Source: a virus (lineage: Duplodnaviria; Caudoviricetes). From it: a stretch of 64,000 nt of DNA. The position numbers and the translations under genes are program-made. A model generated the notes under the pieces. That model was given only the letters and a program-made list of their open reading frames with translations, searched no databases and was not told the DNA's origin. This document shows, one piece after another, positions 20,701 to 28,403 of the stretch. Positions within the stretch are counted from its first letter, which is position 1; every line of letters begins with the position of its first letter. Location: the IMG/VR virus record IMGVR_UViG_3300028591_000184, positions 9,046-73,045 of that record; one strand, 5' to 3'.

Positions 20701-21355
20701 GGGTGATTTCCTGTTGACTGCCCTTCTCACTGGCAGCACTGAGGTTGGCACGGGCCGTAGCTATCCTTGCCAACGCATCCTTCACCCGTTCCTGGTTCTT
20801 CGCATTTATTGCTGCAGCCTTGTCTGCATCATTGAAAGCACCCTCTATCTCTTTTACGGCTTCTTTCTGAGCCTTTGCACGCTCTCTTATCTGTTTATCA
20901 AGGCCCTTGTCCATAGCAGATGTGGAACTCTTTGCCTCTTTCAACGCAATGTCGGCACTCAAAGACGACAGAATATCTTTGACGGCAGTCTTGGAAAGTT
21001 GCGCCTCTACACCGATGTTCATCAATTTGTTGATAATGTCATCAAGTCTTGCAGAGACTTGCAATATCTTTGACTCATCCATCCCAAGGAAACCATCAGA
21101 ACGCATCGACGCATTACGGGACAAGGCCTTATCGACATTCTCTTTCGCGGTGAGAAGTTTATATAAAGCCTTTTCCGCTTCGTTAATGTTTTTTGAAAAG
21201 TTCTTCTGTACCTGTTCTGCTGATAGCTTGCTGGTGTCTACCTGTAATTTCTGAATGACTTCTCGGAGGTGTTCGCCGTCCTTGGCAGCTGACTTGATTT
21301 GCTCTTCAAGCTTACCCCTCATACCCCACTCAAAATACATGCTGTCTTGTGCCAT
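14753..21355 (-). CDS. tail tape measure protein
   Basis: 2200 aa, helical and Ala/Lys/Glu rich; tape-measure domain (FGKIKDLAVKSPF...LTAYGF...RLADISAATG). Confidence 0.92.
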   Translation of the reverse strand: MAQDSMYFEWGMRGKLEEQIKSAAKDGEHLREVIQKLQVDTSKLSAEQVQKNFSKNINEAEKALYKLLTAKENVDKALSRNASMRSDGFLGMDESKILQVSARLDDIINKLMNIGVEAQLSKTAVKDILSSLSADIALKEAKSSTSAMDKGLDKQIRERAKAQKEAVKEIEGAFNDADKAAAINAKNQERVKDALARIATARANLSAASEKGSQQEITHARLLMSMLDGISGKLNALKGQFLGEKGALDGVLGSGYKGLMRNVSVAIRDLISGMLNAGGMSDSQWNAEKALAAQLERRKDITAAVNEEAAAESRINELIAMRQHRLEMEAQKIRENNEAMQRRAEIEGNSAAWHTRNAELAAQAEREKELLRLREVIIKRYNDEAAAQAQATAQKERATQAAHKQAQASAETQRNLNKEAGEVVRLRLEMLKTQAVQLQGLIKNGKGTFDDAQLEQYRNALRDIVREITTLKGVMDNLGSFTGRNGSGLLVFGSGTNYSPLIAYGQQVLDDSRAVNVLTDSERKFMESINSASSALRGHGALLGDLQMMATQYLSLWGVRSFLNNIIETGGLLEQQRLSIGAILGSMDKAEVVFGKIKDLAVKSPFGVVQLDTMSKQLTAYGFEYEELFDWTKRLADISAATGTEVSRLALALGHVRSEGALSGYTLRQFAMGNVPMLQKLADNLGITTKEVRERTKKKEIGYDEVKKVLQDLTDEGGMFYNAQEVMSEALNAKYKNLRDAFDIMYGEIAESGVGDLLKGIAEALTAGAKEWHRFGTDILFTAGAFGIVKASIAAYQSGMIALSRQMGVLALNTKSYTAAQVQQLATEGAITREQLLRAVASGRLSVEQARLAGATLRVSEATLLQAASSGTVTKAMLGNAMATSRFTVAQLRLMATLRAQGVMFPVLRVGLMGLASGFRAVGAAMKSFLPFLAIGAVVDIFSRWSQQKDAARDAAGETASSMTAQLSDIKSIYDSLSKKKPDDLAVPVKEMTEALKDIGAYSSIQKEVEAADTLEKKYAILYGKTKELSKGYEEMKASIEAYIEAANRVGGGILSDNMKKDIEQYGAAVIDEKVARNSAGKFSDIYTKELEKKLKEDGKWLESKMRDMDWSELFKELSSAEQYGFAQNTLKPTRWIWDSKETSIEKDRYYESSEALMKYIEAMEKTKATREEVMSDMPKYIEYVKLAAESYSSFIAGLDANKMSTWGDDDFKVYAEGVRQWLSSLNVPEEVKEDLKQKFIESFPEDIQVKIKAALENVEAEEKLTGWQADMQAYFDKHGINIKLSADDSVQSVEKKLQEARKKAQEKMDSMGAILTYWKIKPDLSAVKKFIDDHPTLKGLIDSVFGDFTKSKSEVEAIDQAHLDTGLSVEDDKKKHRNGGNKTDEQLKKVKERFEEIKTFYSEYKKYAKTYGKEGALVKLEALFPDLKGKDGQHLGSRIVNDYQNVLKEVRDSINGNTTERKKYKQSVSKLLADIDLDTVKEQLDKNLKAVEKEIQERTSQWNLYKSLLDKTGNKEFAMNAFSDGVLWDDATRGMRQRLEEMVGKPVTDWDASDESAKKAFGEDSAALKLYLEIVKDIRKNWTDSLNEVATATEKLLTIEEKIANTENELADLRRNYGANDPRVIAKERDLGKLQVEAFEQSEPYLKFYSAIFAMAADEAEAVGMSIKENLVNQLAEGKINADKYLKSIKNIDQQLQKMRGVRSDALTLMTGGVRGLLEKRSNVYDSKAAAAAIRIQKEQEKIDKERRAIQNATTKKEKEAAQLRLISAQANKKFAETELRDAQKKLGWTQESLQQANDILAVMELVTGAIEGMKQSAQQLSDMFDALGHEHTANKWSDISDTIGALGAPVSESANALKSAMSGDVGGAISHTVGIFTSPVTAFAKLHDKKLQRRIEESERNVRSLTTAYQNLQSAIESALGGIYATGGYNEMYENLQKQREEIQRQYDDEAAKKKSDKDKLADYEQQLKEMDESIKNFGLDMAKALYDIDLHSWASQLTEVIVGAWEKGEDAAEAYKDKVKELMKDLTSNILTKKVMERAFDTLGIDKMISEEMFNTEGKLSEDFIPRLTEALLKVGDVTTDVITGVLNELEGKGVIEKGSESKTSSKVIQGGFTEQETGLLLSYVNAIRGDVSENRMTLVGILNAVQTQTEMPVIARAQLQQLQQVAENTRRNADAADRIYEVLHSNILGANSFQIK

Positions 21356-21425
21356 ATATGTTTAACTTTGTTAAATTATTAAACTATTTGTGTGCTATTA
21401 AAATTTGTATCTCTATCTTTGCAGT

Positions 21426-21905
21426 ATGAAACAGATAAATATGCTTAAACTGCTTGCAGTATTATTCGTTTTTTCTTCATGTACGAGCTCTCTTGAAAAG
21501 AAAGCCCTCAAACGCTGTACGATAGTCCCGACGGAAGCCATCGGTTACAAATGTGTATCTCTAAACTTCTCCGACAAGAAGGTGTTGTTTTCCGATGACT
21601 CTATTTGTGTGGTGCAATACACTGTCAATACTGAGAATTATAGCGGAGATAGAGAAAGTATGCGAATGGAGTACTTTATTTTAAAGACGCGAGGTACAGA
21701 CGAGAAACCATCGAAACTATTAGAAGCAACGTATGTTTTGGACGGGAAAACGGCTTCCCTACTTGATAATGAAGCTTCGCAATACGAATTTTTCAAAAAA
21801 TATAGTAACAAACAATGGCCCAGTAGCGACTCTGAAAGAAGTAGCTTCCTAAGAATGTTGGCGGTATTAATAAACTCCAAACACATTCAAGTCGTCGACG
21901 AGTAA
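21426..21905 (+). CDS. lipoprotein moron inserted against the tail operon
   Basis: signal peptide MKQINMLKLLAVLFVFSSC; TATCTTTG at 21414-21421 five nt before ATG; AT-rich; opposite strand. Confidence 0.8.
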   Translation: MKQINMLKLLAVLFVFSSCTSSLEKKALKRCTIVPTEAIGYKCVSLNFSDKKVLFSDDSICVVQYTVNTENYSGDRESMRMEYFILKTRGTDEKPSKLLEATYVLDGKTASLLDNEASQYEFFKKYSNKQWPSSDSERSSFLRMLAVLINSKHIQVVDE

Positions 21906-21909
21906 TCCT

Positions 21910-22182
21910 CTATACCTTACCATTCACAAAGTCCCCTAAGTTAACCGTCTTGCCAGCCATACTGCCTTCGTCGGCATTACGCTTGGCCCACGCATCCGCT
22001 AATGCGTCCATCTCACTGACATCGGCACGCCCATTACCCATGCCTTTCTTTTCCTTGCCATAGTCTATGACAGGCTGGTCCATCACCATCAGCTCTATCT
22101 GTGCCGTCGTATATCCCCACCAGTAATCGAAGGCCCTTATACCAAACCTGCGCTCAAAAAGAAAACCAAACTTCTCACTCAA
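21910..22182 (-). CDS. tail assembly chaperone, T-like portion
   Basis: directly upstream of TMP; only a TTG start, overlapping the previous stop; frame open back to 22350. Confidence 0.65.
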   Translation of the reverse strand: MSEKFGFLFERRFGIRAFDYWWGYTTAQIELMVMDQPVIDYGKEKKGMGNGRADVSEMDALADAWAKRNADEGSMAGKTVNLGDFVNGKV

Positions 22183-22649
22183 GGAGTAGGCGGAGCCCCA
22201 TCGCGTTCTACTCGGCCAAGTTCGCGTCGTGTCATCGTCATCATCGTGTCCATCACCCCTGTCGCTAATATGGTAGCCACTGCTAACGGCTCCGATTGAA
22301 TTTTTTTTTTGGAGGCATTGAGTACCCCCATCACGTCCACTTGGTCTATATCAACCACATAGTACAACCAACGCCAATATATCCAATACCACAGATGCTC
22401 CAATAACCATGTGACAAGTCCGTACCGATGGTTCAGCAATATGCAAGCGACAATCTTTACATTGCGCTTCCAAGGGTCTTCCTCTTTCAGCATGATATGG
22501 GAGAACTTTCTCGTCACTCCGTTATGAAGCCAACCAATACAACGCTTCTTACCATTGACAACAACGGTCTCTGGCTCTGCCTCCATGAGGCCGTCTATGA
22601 GCTGCTGTAACTCAAACGACGGCTGTTCTATCTTCTTTTCTTCTGCCAT
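22179..22649 (-). CDS. tail assembly chaperone, G-like
   Basis: between major tail protein and TMP; contains an A10 run. Confidence 0.7.
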   Translation of the reverse strand: MAEEKKIEQPSFELQQLIDGLMEAEPETVVVNGKKRCIGWLHNGVTRKFSHIMLKEEDPWKRNVKIVACILLNHRYGLVTWLLEHLWYWIYWRWLYYVVDIDQVDVMGVLNASKKKIQSEPLAVATILATGVMDTMMTMTRRELGRVERDGAPPTP

Positions 22650-22716
22650 GTTGTAAATTTAAAGGGGCAGCAGGGGACACCCCTACCGCCCCTCGGCTAT
22701 CTGGGTTAAGGAGCGA

Positions 22717-23280
22717 TTAAGCTGCCTTCGTGAGGAACAGGATGTCGGGGTTCGTGCCGTCGGTCTCGATACTTCCATTGAAGTCGAGGGCGAACACACC
22801 CTTGGCATCTTGGTCGATGACGGGTTTTGCCCACAGAGAGGTGTTGTTCACAACGAGGATGTTCTTCTTGTCTTCGCTGACAAACACAAACGTTCCGTCC
22901 ACCTTGGTCTGCTGTAGCACAAGGCCCGTGCCGGAATAGGTAGCACCATTCACGGTCGCACCGGTGATAGCCTTTACAGCATCCTCGCCGTAAGCCATCT
23001 TCAGTACGTCGGTGTGCTTCGTGGGTACGCGGAAGCTAAGGTCGATGTCACCGGCCTCGGCACTTGTAACCCAGTCACCGGGAAGACCAATGACCTTGTA
23101 GTGCTCGATAGAGGGGTCACCCTGCTCAAGATTGATGGTGTCAACCTTCACGGGAAGGTCGAAGTCGGGAGTGATGGCCAGGGCAGACAGGTCACTCATA
23201 TCAAGCTCTGTCTTCTGATACCAAACGCTTGCGATACCGCTGAAAACATCCTTCAGCTCTTTCTTTGTCTTCATTGCCAT
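22717..23280 (-). CDS. major tail tube protein
   Basis: 187 aa, beta-rich; canonical position before the chaperones. Confidence 0.7.
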   Translation of the reverse strand: MAMKTKKELKDVFSGIASVWYQKTELDMSDLSALAITPDFDLPVKVDTINLEQGDPSIEHYKVIGLPGDWVTSAEAGDIDLSFRVPTKHTDVLKMAYGEDAVKAITGATVNGATYSGTGLVLQQTKVDGTFVFVSEDKKNILVVNNTSLWAKPVIDQDAKGVFALDFNGSIETDGTNPDILFLTKAA

Positions 23281-23350
23281 AATTGTTATCCTTTCTTTTT
23301 TGATTGTTAATAATCGTATAGTATGTTGCGTTGTCAGCGCAACCCGAGAG

Positions 23351-23767
23351 TTATACCATTGTAGTCATTTTTGCCTGTATGCGAGTGTAGTGATACCCGT
23401 TGCCGTCACTGCCTGCGTTGACAACCGTCCTCGGCCTCGTTATCTTGATGCCGAGTGTTGTGTCGACGATAGGAAATAAAGCGCGCAGACCACTTCTGAG
23501 TGTCTTCATCGGCTTCATATCGAACTCTTTAGGATTGGAGGCGGTCTTCTTGTCGGCGACGTAGATGTCAAACACGACAGTCATGTCGAGCCACCAATCA
23601 TCATCTTCACCGAGCATCTTGTTTGAAACGGAGTATGGGAGCGAAACGACGATGAACTGTGTCAGCTTGTCAGTCGAGGCATTGGGCCTGTCATGCGGAT
23701 AGACCTTCGCACAAACCTTCTTGGCTTCCACGCCCATCACTTTCAGTATGTCTTCAGGTTCTATCAT
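23351..23767 (-). CDS. tail terminator/completion protein
   Basis: synteny and size (138 aa). Confidence 0.55.
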   Translation of the reverse strand: MIEPEDILKVMGVEAKKVCAKVYPHDRPNASTDKLTQFIVVSLPYSVSNKMLGEDDDWWLDMTVVFDIYVADKKTASNPKEFDMKPMKTLRSGLRALFPIVDTTLGIKITRPRTVVNAGSDGNGYHYTRIQAKMTTMV

Positions 23768-23771
23768 AGCG

Positions 23772-24329
23772 TCAACCTAATTTAAATTGCCAGATATTTC
23801 CTCCTTTGCTCTCAATCACATTCGATAGCTGCAACAAAACGCGACGGGCGGTGTCCTTCTGATACTCAGCAACACTGACAACTCTGAGCGAAAACCCTTT
23901 TTGACGAGTCGACGTCCTTCGCAGCCAGTCCATCACCTCTTCATCGTAGAACACCTGTTCGGCAGTACCTTTGTATTTTTCACCGTCAATGTCGAAGGTG
24001 CGGCGTTGATAGGTCTTGTCGTAGCGTTGTGTTCCGCGCTTAAATTGGTCGCCCTCAATGAGAGTGACACGGATAGGCGACTCGACACCAGCTGTCGGCA
24101 TGTTGGCAACAGCAACAGCTTTACCGTCGCGATAAAGACAGACACCGAAGGAGTTTATCCAGTTACCAGTCATGTTACCAAAGGCACTGTGTTGGTAATT
24201 CAAGGCATACTCCTTTGCCATTTCCATAATGGCAGGAAGTTGTTCTCTCAGTCGCAACTGAGCGGTGCTGTAGCAACGCTTTTGCACATTCTTGAAAAAG
24301 TGACGTATATTTACGGTCTGTCTTACCAT
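23772..24329 (-). CDS. neck/tail completion protein
   Basis: synteny; FGNMTGNWINSFG resembles the TGNL motif of HK97 gp10-like proteins. Confidence 0.5.
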   Translation of the reverse strand: MVRQTVNIRHFFKNVQKRCYSTAQLRLREQLPAIMEMAKEYALNYQHSAFGNMTGNWINSFGVCLYRDGKAVAVANMPTAGVESPIRVTLIEGDQFKRGTQRYDKTYQRRTFDIDGEKYKGTAEQVFYDEEVMDWLRRTSTRQKGFSLRVVSVAEYQKDTARRVLLQLSNVIESKGGNIWQFKLG

Positions 24330-24331
24330 AC

Positions 24332-24694
24332 CTACTCTCCTACGTTCAGATTTCTGTTGTGCTGTCCATAGACCACCGAACGGTCGTTGTCAGGCTCAAA
24401 ATCCTTTACCTCCCATTCTTCAGATATACTTCCCTTCGTGACATGCACGATGTCACCACTCATAGGGATAAGGTTATTCCAATGGTCAAAACGGATAGGG
24501 ATAGAACACTTGCGCTTGTTACTGTCAACCTTCTTGTCACCTGTCGTCGTTGTGTCGGTGTAGGAACGTCCAGGGCCAGCATATACCACAAAATCCTGCG
24601 TGCTCTCCTCATCGGAAAGCCATTCACCCACTTCCCTGCGGATGATACGGATGTAGTGTGGGTATCGCGGGTTCTGAATGACGTTCTTTCTCAT
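24332..24694 (-). CDS. head closure/head-tail adaptor
   Basis: synteny; small beta-rich protein. Confidence 0.5.
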   Translation of the reverse strand: MRKNVIQNPRYPHYIRIIRREVGEWLSDEESTQDFVVYAGPGRSYTDTTTTGDKKVDSNKRKCSIPIRFDHWNNLIPMSGDIVHVTKGSISEEWEVKDFEPDNDRSVVYGQHNRNLNVGE

Positions 24695-25125
24695 CTGATT
24701 TTTCGCGGTAATGGTACTCCGTCGAGGTCTCGCATGGCTGGCATGATGCCCCTTGAATGTACCCTAATCTTCTTCTTACCAAAGACACTCTCTGGCTCCA
24801 GTTCCTCATAGATGGCATTGGCCTCATCCATCAGCAGCTTCTTATCGTCCTTGCTGAGGGTGTAACCACCTTCCGAGTGGCTCCAACCGTTGTCGGAGTC
24901 GGACGTGTTGTTAACCTTGCCGGCTCCAAGAACAATCCATTTCAGAAGGTCGGCTTTCATCAAACGAAGTGTATCGCGACCCACAACCGACTTTTCCATG
25001 TCAAGTGGTATGTCGCGCTCTGAAGCTATATGAGCCACCGTCTCTTGAGAAACGGCAAAGTTCACACAGCCGAAGATATAATCCTCGACCGTGCGAACTG
25101 ACTGGGTATCATTCTCTGCGCTCAT
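24691..25125 (-). CDS. head-tail connector
   Basis: synteny downstream of the capsid; SDSDNGWSHSEGG motif. Confidence 0.55.
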   Translation of the reverse strand: MSAENDTQSVRTVEDYIFGCVNFAVSQETVAHIASERDIPLDMEKSVVGRDTLRLMKADLLKWIVLGAGKVNNTSDSDNGWSHSEGGYTLSKDDKKLLMDEANAIYEELEPESVFGKKKIRVHSRGIMPAMRDLDGVPLPRKIR

Positions 25126-25144
25126 GGCTTATGACATTCATGGA

Positions 25145-25588
25145 TTAACCTTCACCGCCACCCTGTTCGCCATCGGTATCGTCAGCACTTGCAGGGGCGT
25201 AGGCAAAAGGTAGTTTCACGTTAACCTTCAAACCTGTGCTCACTTCTCCCGCAGCATCGACAAGCGTGATGTTCGTCGGAACATCAAACACGGTCAATTT
25301 CTTACCGTCGGGATAGGTGGCATCGGCAACATCAGCACGAACCTCCAGAGACAGCACGCCGGGCAACAGTCCGTGATTGTCAAAGACAATACGGATGTCG
25401 CCGTCAGCGTCCGTAACACCTCGTTTGACTCCGTCTACCTGACCACCTTCGTACTTCTTGTTACCATTGGTACGGAAGGTCAGAAGGAAGTCGAAGTCGG
25501 GAAAACCGACAGTATTACCTTCGCTGTCTTCGACATGCAGAAGCACATCGAAATCCGATTTGTAATTTACCTGTCTTGTAAAATCCAT
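25145..25588 (-). CDS. putative virion accessory protein (NYKSDF N-terminus)
   Basis: 147 aa, immediately downstream of the capsid gene. Confidence 0.45.
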   Translation of the reverse strand: MDFTRQVNYKSDFDVLLHVEDSEGNTVGFPDFDFLLTFRTNGNKKYEGGQVDGVKRGVTDADGDIRIVFDNHGLLPGVLSLEVRADVADATYPDGKKLTVFDVPTNITLVDAAGEVSTGLKVNVKLPFAYAPASADDTDGEQGGGEG

Positions 25589-25591
25589 ACG

Positions 25592-26779
25592 TTAGGCTGT
25601 TACAGTGGAGATATACATGTTGCGGATGAGGTTGGGAACACAGAGCTGAGCCATCTCACCGTTCACGTTGATGGAGTGTGTGCGAGGAACGTCCTCCTGC
25701 TCAATCAACAGACGGTTGCCAAGGGCGTAGGCAATCTTCTCGGGGTCGTAGCCCATTGACAGGGGCTGAACACCCTGAATCTTGCCAAGCAGACCAGTCG
25801 GGATGAACGCAACATTCTTCGGGTCGAAGTTGTCAATGCGCTCAGTGATAAGGTCGGGCTCGCCGTCGGCGTTAACACCAGGCTTGGCGACATAGGCGTA
25901 AGTCTCGCGGATGACGATTTCGTCAACCTTGATAATCTTACGGATGGCTTCCTTGTAGGCATCCTCGTCGAGGTCTTTGATGGCGTTCAGACGAACGGTG
26001 TCGTTCTCGATGGTACGATACAGGTAGGAAGCAAGTCGCGTAAGCACCTTGCTGTGAGTCAGCATGTCGTCCCACAGGTCCTGCGAGATTTCCATCTTCA
26101 AAGGACCGTTGTAGTGCAAGGTCTTTCGGATGGCCTTCACGCGAGTCTTCAGGTACTCAATGGGGTCTGAAGCAGAACCTTCTGTGGTGTGGTCGGCGTT
26201 CGTCCACCAACGGGCGTTTGTCGGCAGTACGTCCTTGTTGGCAGCAGGCATATTGAAGCCGATAGTGACTCCCTTGTAACCGCGAGGGTTGTTGGTGGCG
26301 TTGATGGTGAACTCACCCTTCGACACTACCTGATGACGCTGATGGTTCAGGGCGTTGACGAATGCCTGAATAAGACCATCCATACCTTCGTCCAACAGAC
26401 CGAACATCACACTTGCCATCTCGTCGTCGAGAGCGGCTTCACCGAAACGCTGGGCAAGCTGCATCTGCTCACGCACAATAACGCGGTTCACAGAGTAGTA
26501 CAGCTTCTGTGTCGGGATGTTACCCGTCTTGCCCTCGACAGCACCGAGCGGCATTTCATAGCCCTCACTTTCGGGGTCTACATAGGTAGGCAGCACAGTG
26601 GCACCAACCTTTGAAAGCATCTGCGCAAACGAGTAGTTCAGACTCGTGGGTGCAAAGTCGAAACCGTCGATGCTAACAGCATTGAATTTTTCTTCGTAGT
26701 GGTCTACGAAGGTCTGCATGTTCTCACCGTACAGGCCGAGCTGCACCATGTCGCGCAAAGAAACTGGAATTGTTCTCAT
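25592..26779 (-). CDS. major capsid protein (HK97 fold, gpE-like)
   Basis: 395 aa; scaffold-decoration-capsid order; strongly biased codon usage. Confidence 0.8.
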   Translation of the reverse strand: MRTIPVSLRDMVQLGLYGENMQTFVDHYEEKFNAVSIDGFDFAPTSLNYSFAQMLSKVGATVLPTYVDPESEGYEMPLGAVEGKTGNIPTQKLYYSVNRVIVREQMQLAQRFGEAALDDEMASVMFGLLDEGMDGLIQAFVNALNHQRHQVVSKGEFTINATNNPRGYKGVTIGFNMPAANKDVLPTNARWWTNADHTTEGSASDPIEYLKTRVKAIRKTLHYNGPLKMEISQDLWDDMLTHSKVLTRLASYLYRTIENDTVRLNAIKDLDEDAYKEAIRKIIKVDEIVIRETYAYVAKPGVNADGEPDLITERIDNFDPKNVAFIPTGLLGKIQGVQPLSMGYDPEKIAYALGNRLLIEQEDVPRTHSINVNGEMAQLCVPNLIRNMYISTVTA

Positions 26780-26814
26780 ATCCTATTTCCTTTCTTAATT
26801 AGTTACACACTGGC

Positions 26815-27285
26815 TTAGTCTATCACGCGGATGCTCAAGCCGTTCTTCTGCGTCATGCCCTTGACGGCGGCCGCAATAGCTGCGGCATCTTCGGGGGTGT
26901 CACCGAGCATGTAGCCGTAAATCTCACCTTTGACAATCACATTGCCCGTGGCAACAGTGCTTGCGCTCGTCACAGGAACATCCTCCTGCAAGAAGCCGAT
27001 GATAGCGAGAGAGTCGATGCCAGCAGGGCTGTCGCCTGTAATGGCGGTCTTGATGGTAGCCCAAGGAAGAACTTTGATGTCTTTCTCGTCGGCACCAGTG
27101 GCGGTGTCCTTGACGATAGCCATGCCTGAGCGGACAAGACCTGCTGTCACGAAGTCCGAAATGTTCTTAATCAGGAAGCCGCCAGGAAGCTGCTCCTCAA
27201 TGCGCCGCCAAACTTTGCGGGCATGGCCGACACCGAATGACTGGGAGTCAAACGTGTTGCCGGTCTGAAAAACTGCATTTTTCAT
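26815..27285 (-). CDS. head decoration protein
   Basis: 156 aa between scaffold and capsid genes. Confidence 0.6.
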   Translation of the reverse strand: MKNAVFQTGNTFDSQSFGVGHARKVWRRIEEQLPGGFLIKNISDFVTAGLVRSGMAIVKDTATGADEKDIKVLPWATIKTAITGDSPAGIDSLAIIGFLQEDVPVTSASTVATGNVIVKGEIYGYMLGDTPEDAAAIAAAVKGMTQKNGLSIRVID

Positions 27286-27370
27286 CTTTCTTCGTTTTTG
27301 AAATTAAACAATCTTTTTACCTTAAAGCTTCTTCTTTGTAGGCAGTGGCATCACCAAAGATATTTTGTGG

Positions 27371-28063
27371 TCAGTCCTTCTTACCCCATCCTTCCTTGGC
27401 TTTCTTCTTCTCGAACATCGCGTCGAGTTGACTTTTGCCCTTGCCTCCATAGAAATTGCTTCTGTGCGACCGACCGGTGTCTTTCTTGTCAAGACCTGCT
27501 TCTTTCAGGTTCTTGTAGTAGTCCTTTTCGGTCTTCTTGACGAGGTCATCGACATCCACCTGCTTTCCGTCTTCCACGTCAGGAACCTCCAAATCGCGGA
27601 GCGTCTGCTTCAAAATGTAGTCGTTGGCTTCGATGTTGGCTTCCTTGAATTTAGCCAACAGACCCTTCTTCACATCGGCGACGGTCGCGTCCTTCGCTGC
27701 TTTCGTCGCACGCTGCCTCTGGGCTTCTTCCATCGCCTCGACTCGCTTTAAAAGTTTAGCGTAGTCGTCATCTTCACCTGTTTTGTCGTCCTTCGGCTTA
27801 GGGGTGGGATTGGGCTTCGGGTGAGCGTTCTTGTAGGCGGTCACTTCTTTTGACACATTACTGTGCAGGTTGCCGTCCATACGGAGCAGGCGTTTTGCCA
27901 GCTTGCTGACTATAGCCTTGTTAGCTTCCTCATCGTCGCCGATGTCTTCCAAAGCTTCGTCAAGCTCACCGTTGATGGTTTCTTCACTGAGAGTGGATGA
28001 CAGCTTCTTTCCGTCACTTTCAAGGCTCTCGTTCACTTGCTGTAAGAGTTCTTCTCTTTCCAT
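27371..28063 (-). CDS. capsid scaffolding protein
   Basis: highly charged, helical 230 aa; first gene of the head operon. Confidence 0.65.
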   Translation of the reverse strand: MEREELLQQVNESLESDGKKLSSTLSEETINGELDEALEDIGDDEEANKAIVSKLAKRLLRMDGNLHSNVSKEVTAYKNAHPKPNPTPKPKDDKTGEDDDYAKLLKRVEAMEEAQRQRATKAAKDATVADVKKGLLAKFKEANIEANDYILKQTLRDLEVPDVEDGKQVDVDDLVKKTEKDYYKNLKEAGLDKKDTGRSHRSNFYGGKGKSQLDAMFEKKKAKEGWGKKD

Positions 28064-28283
28064 AATGTTTTTGAATTTTTGTTATCCTGAAAACAGTCCT
28101 TCTGTTTCATTGTTGCGGAAGTGGTGCTCGAAACCCACTTCGAGGATATGAACCTCGTATGCGACCATCACATTGCTTCCGCGATGTGCCCCACGCTTGG
28201 GGCTGAAACACTCTTTCGTTGCATTAATGATTGTATAAACAAGCCTTACATGCGCCAAAAAATTAATAAATATGCTAATTCAC

Positions 28284-28336
28284 TGCAAAAATATGCAGAA
28301 AATTTGCAAAAACCAAATTTTTTTCTGTATTTTTGC
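28284..28336. promoter_or_regulatory. divergent promoter pair for head and packaging operons
   Basis: imperfect inverted repeat GCAAAAATA..CAGAAAA / TTTTCTG-TATTTTTGC giving TATTTTTG on both strands. Confidence 0.55.
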
Positions 28337-28403
28337 ACAAAATATTGAATATTTATACATTTTAGTCGAAAATGCCACACTTTTAGGAGGAGATAAGGGT
28401 GTA

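Noticed and set aside
1846-27751. Numerous plus-strand ORFs of 60-280 aa overlapping structural genes
   Set aside because: Antisense or alternate-frame shadows of GC-rich real genes, with no motifs or leaders; only 21426..21905 has promoter and signal-peptide support
28272-28403. Longer TerL start given by the ORF track
   Set aside because: The extension overlaps the divergent promoter; ATG at 28404 is more plausible
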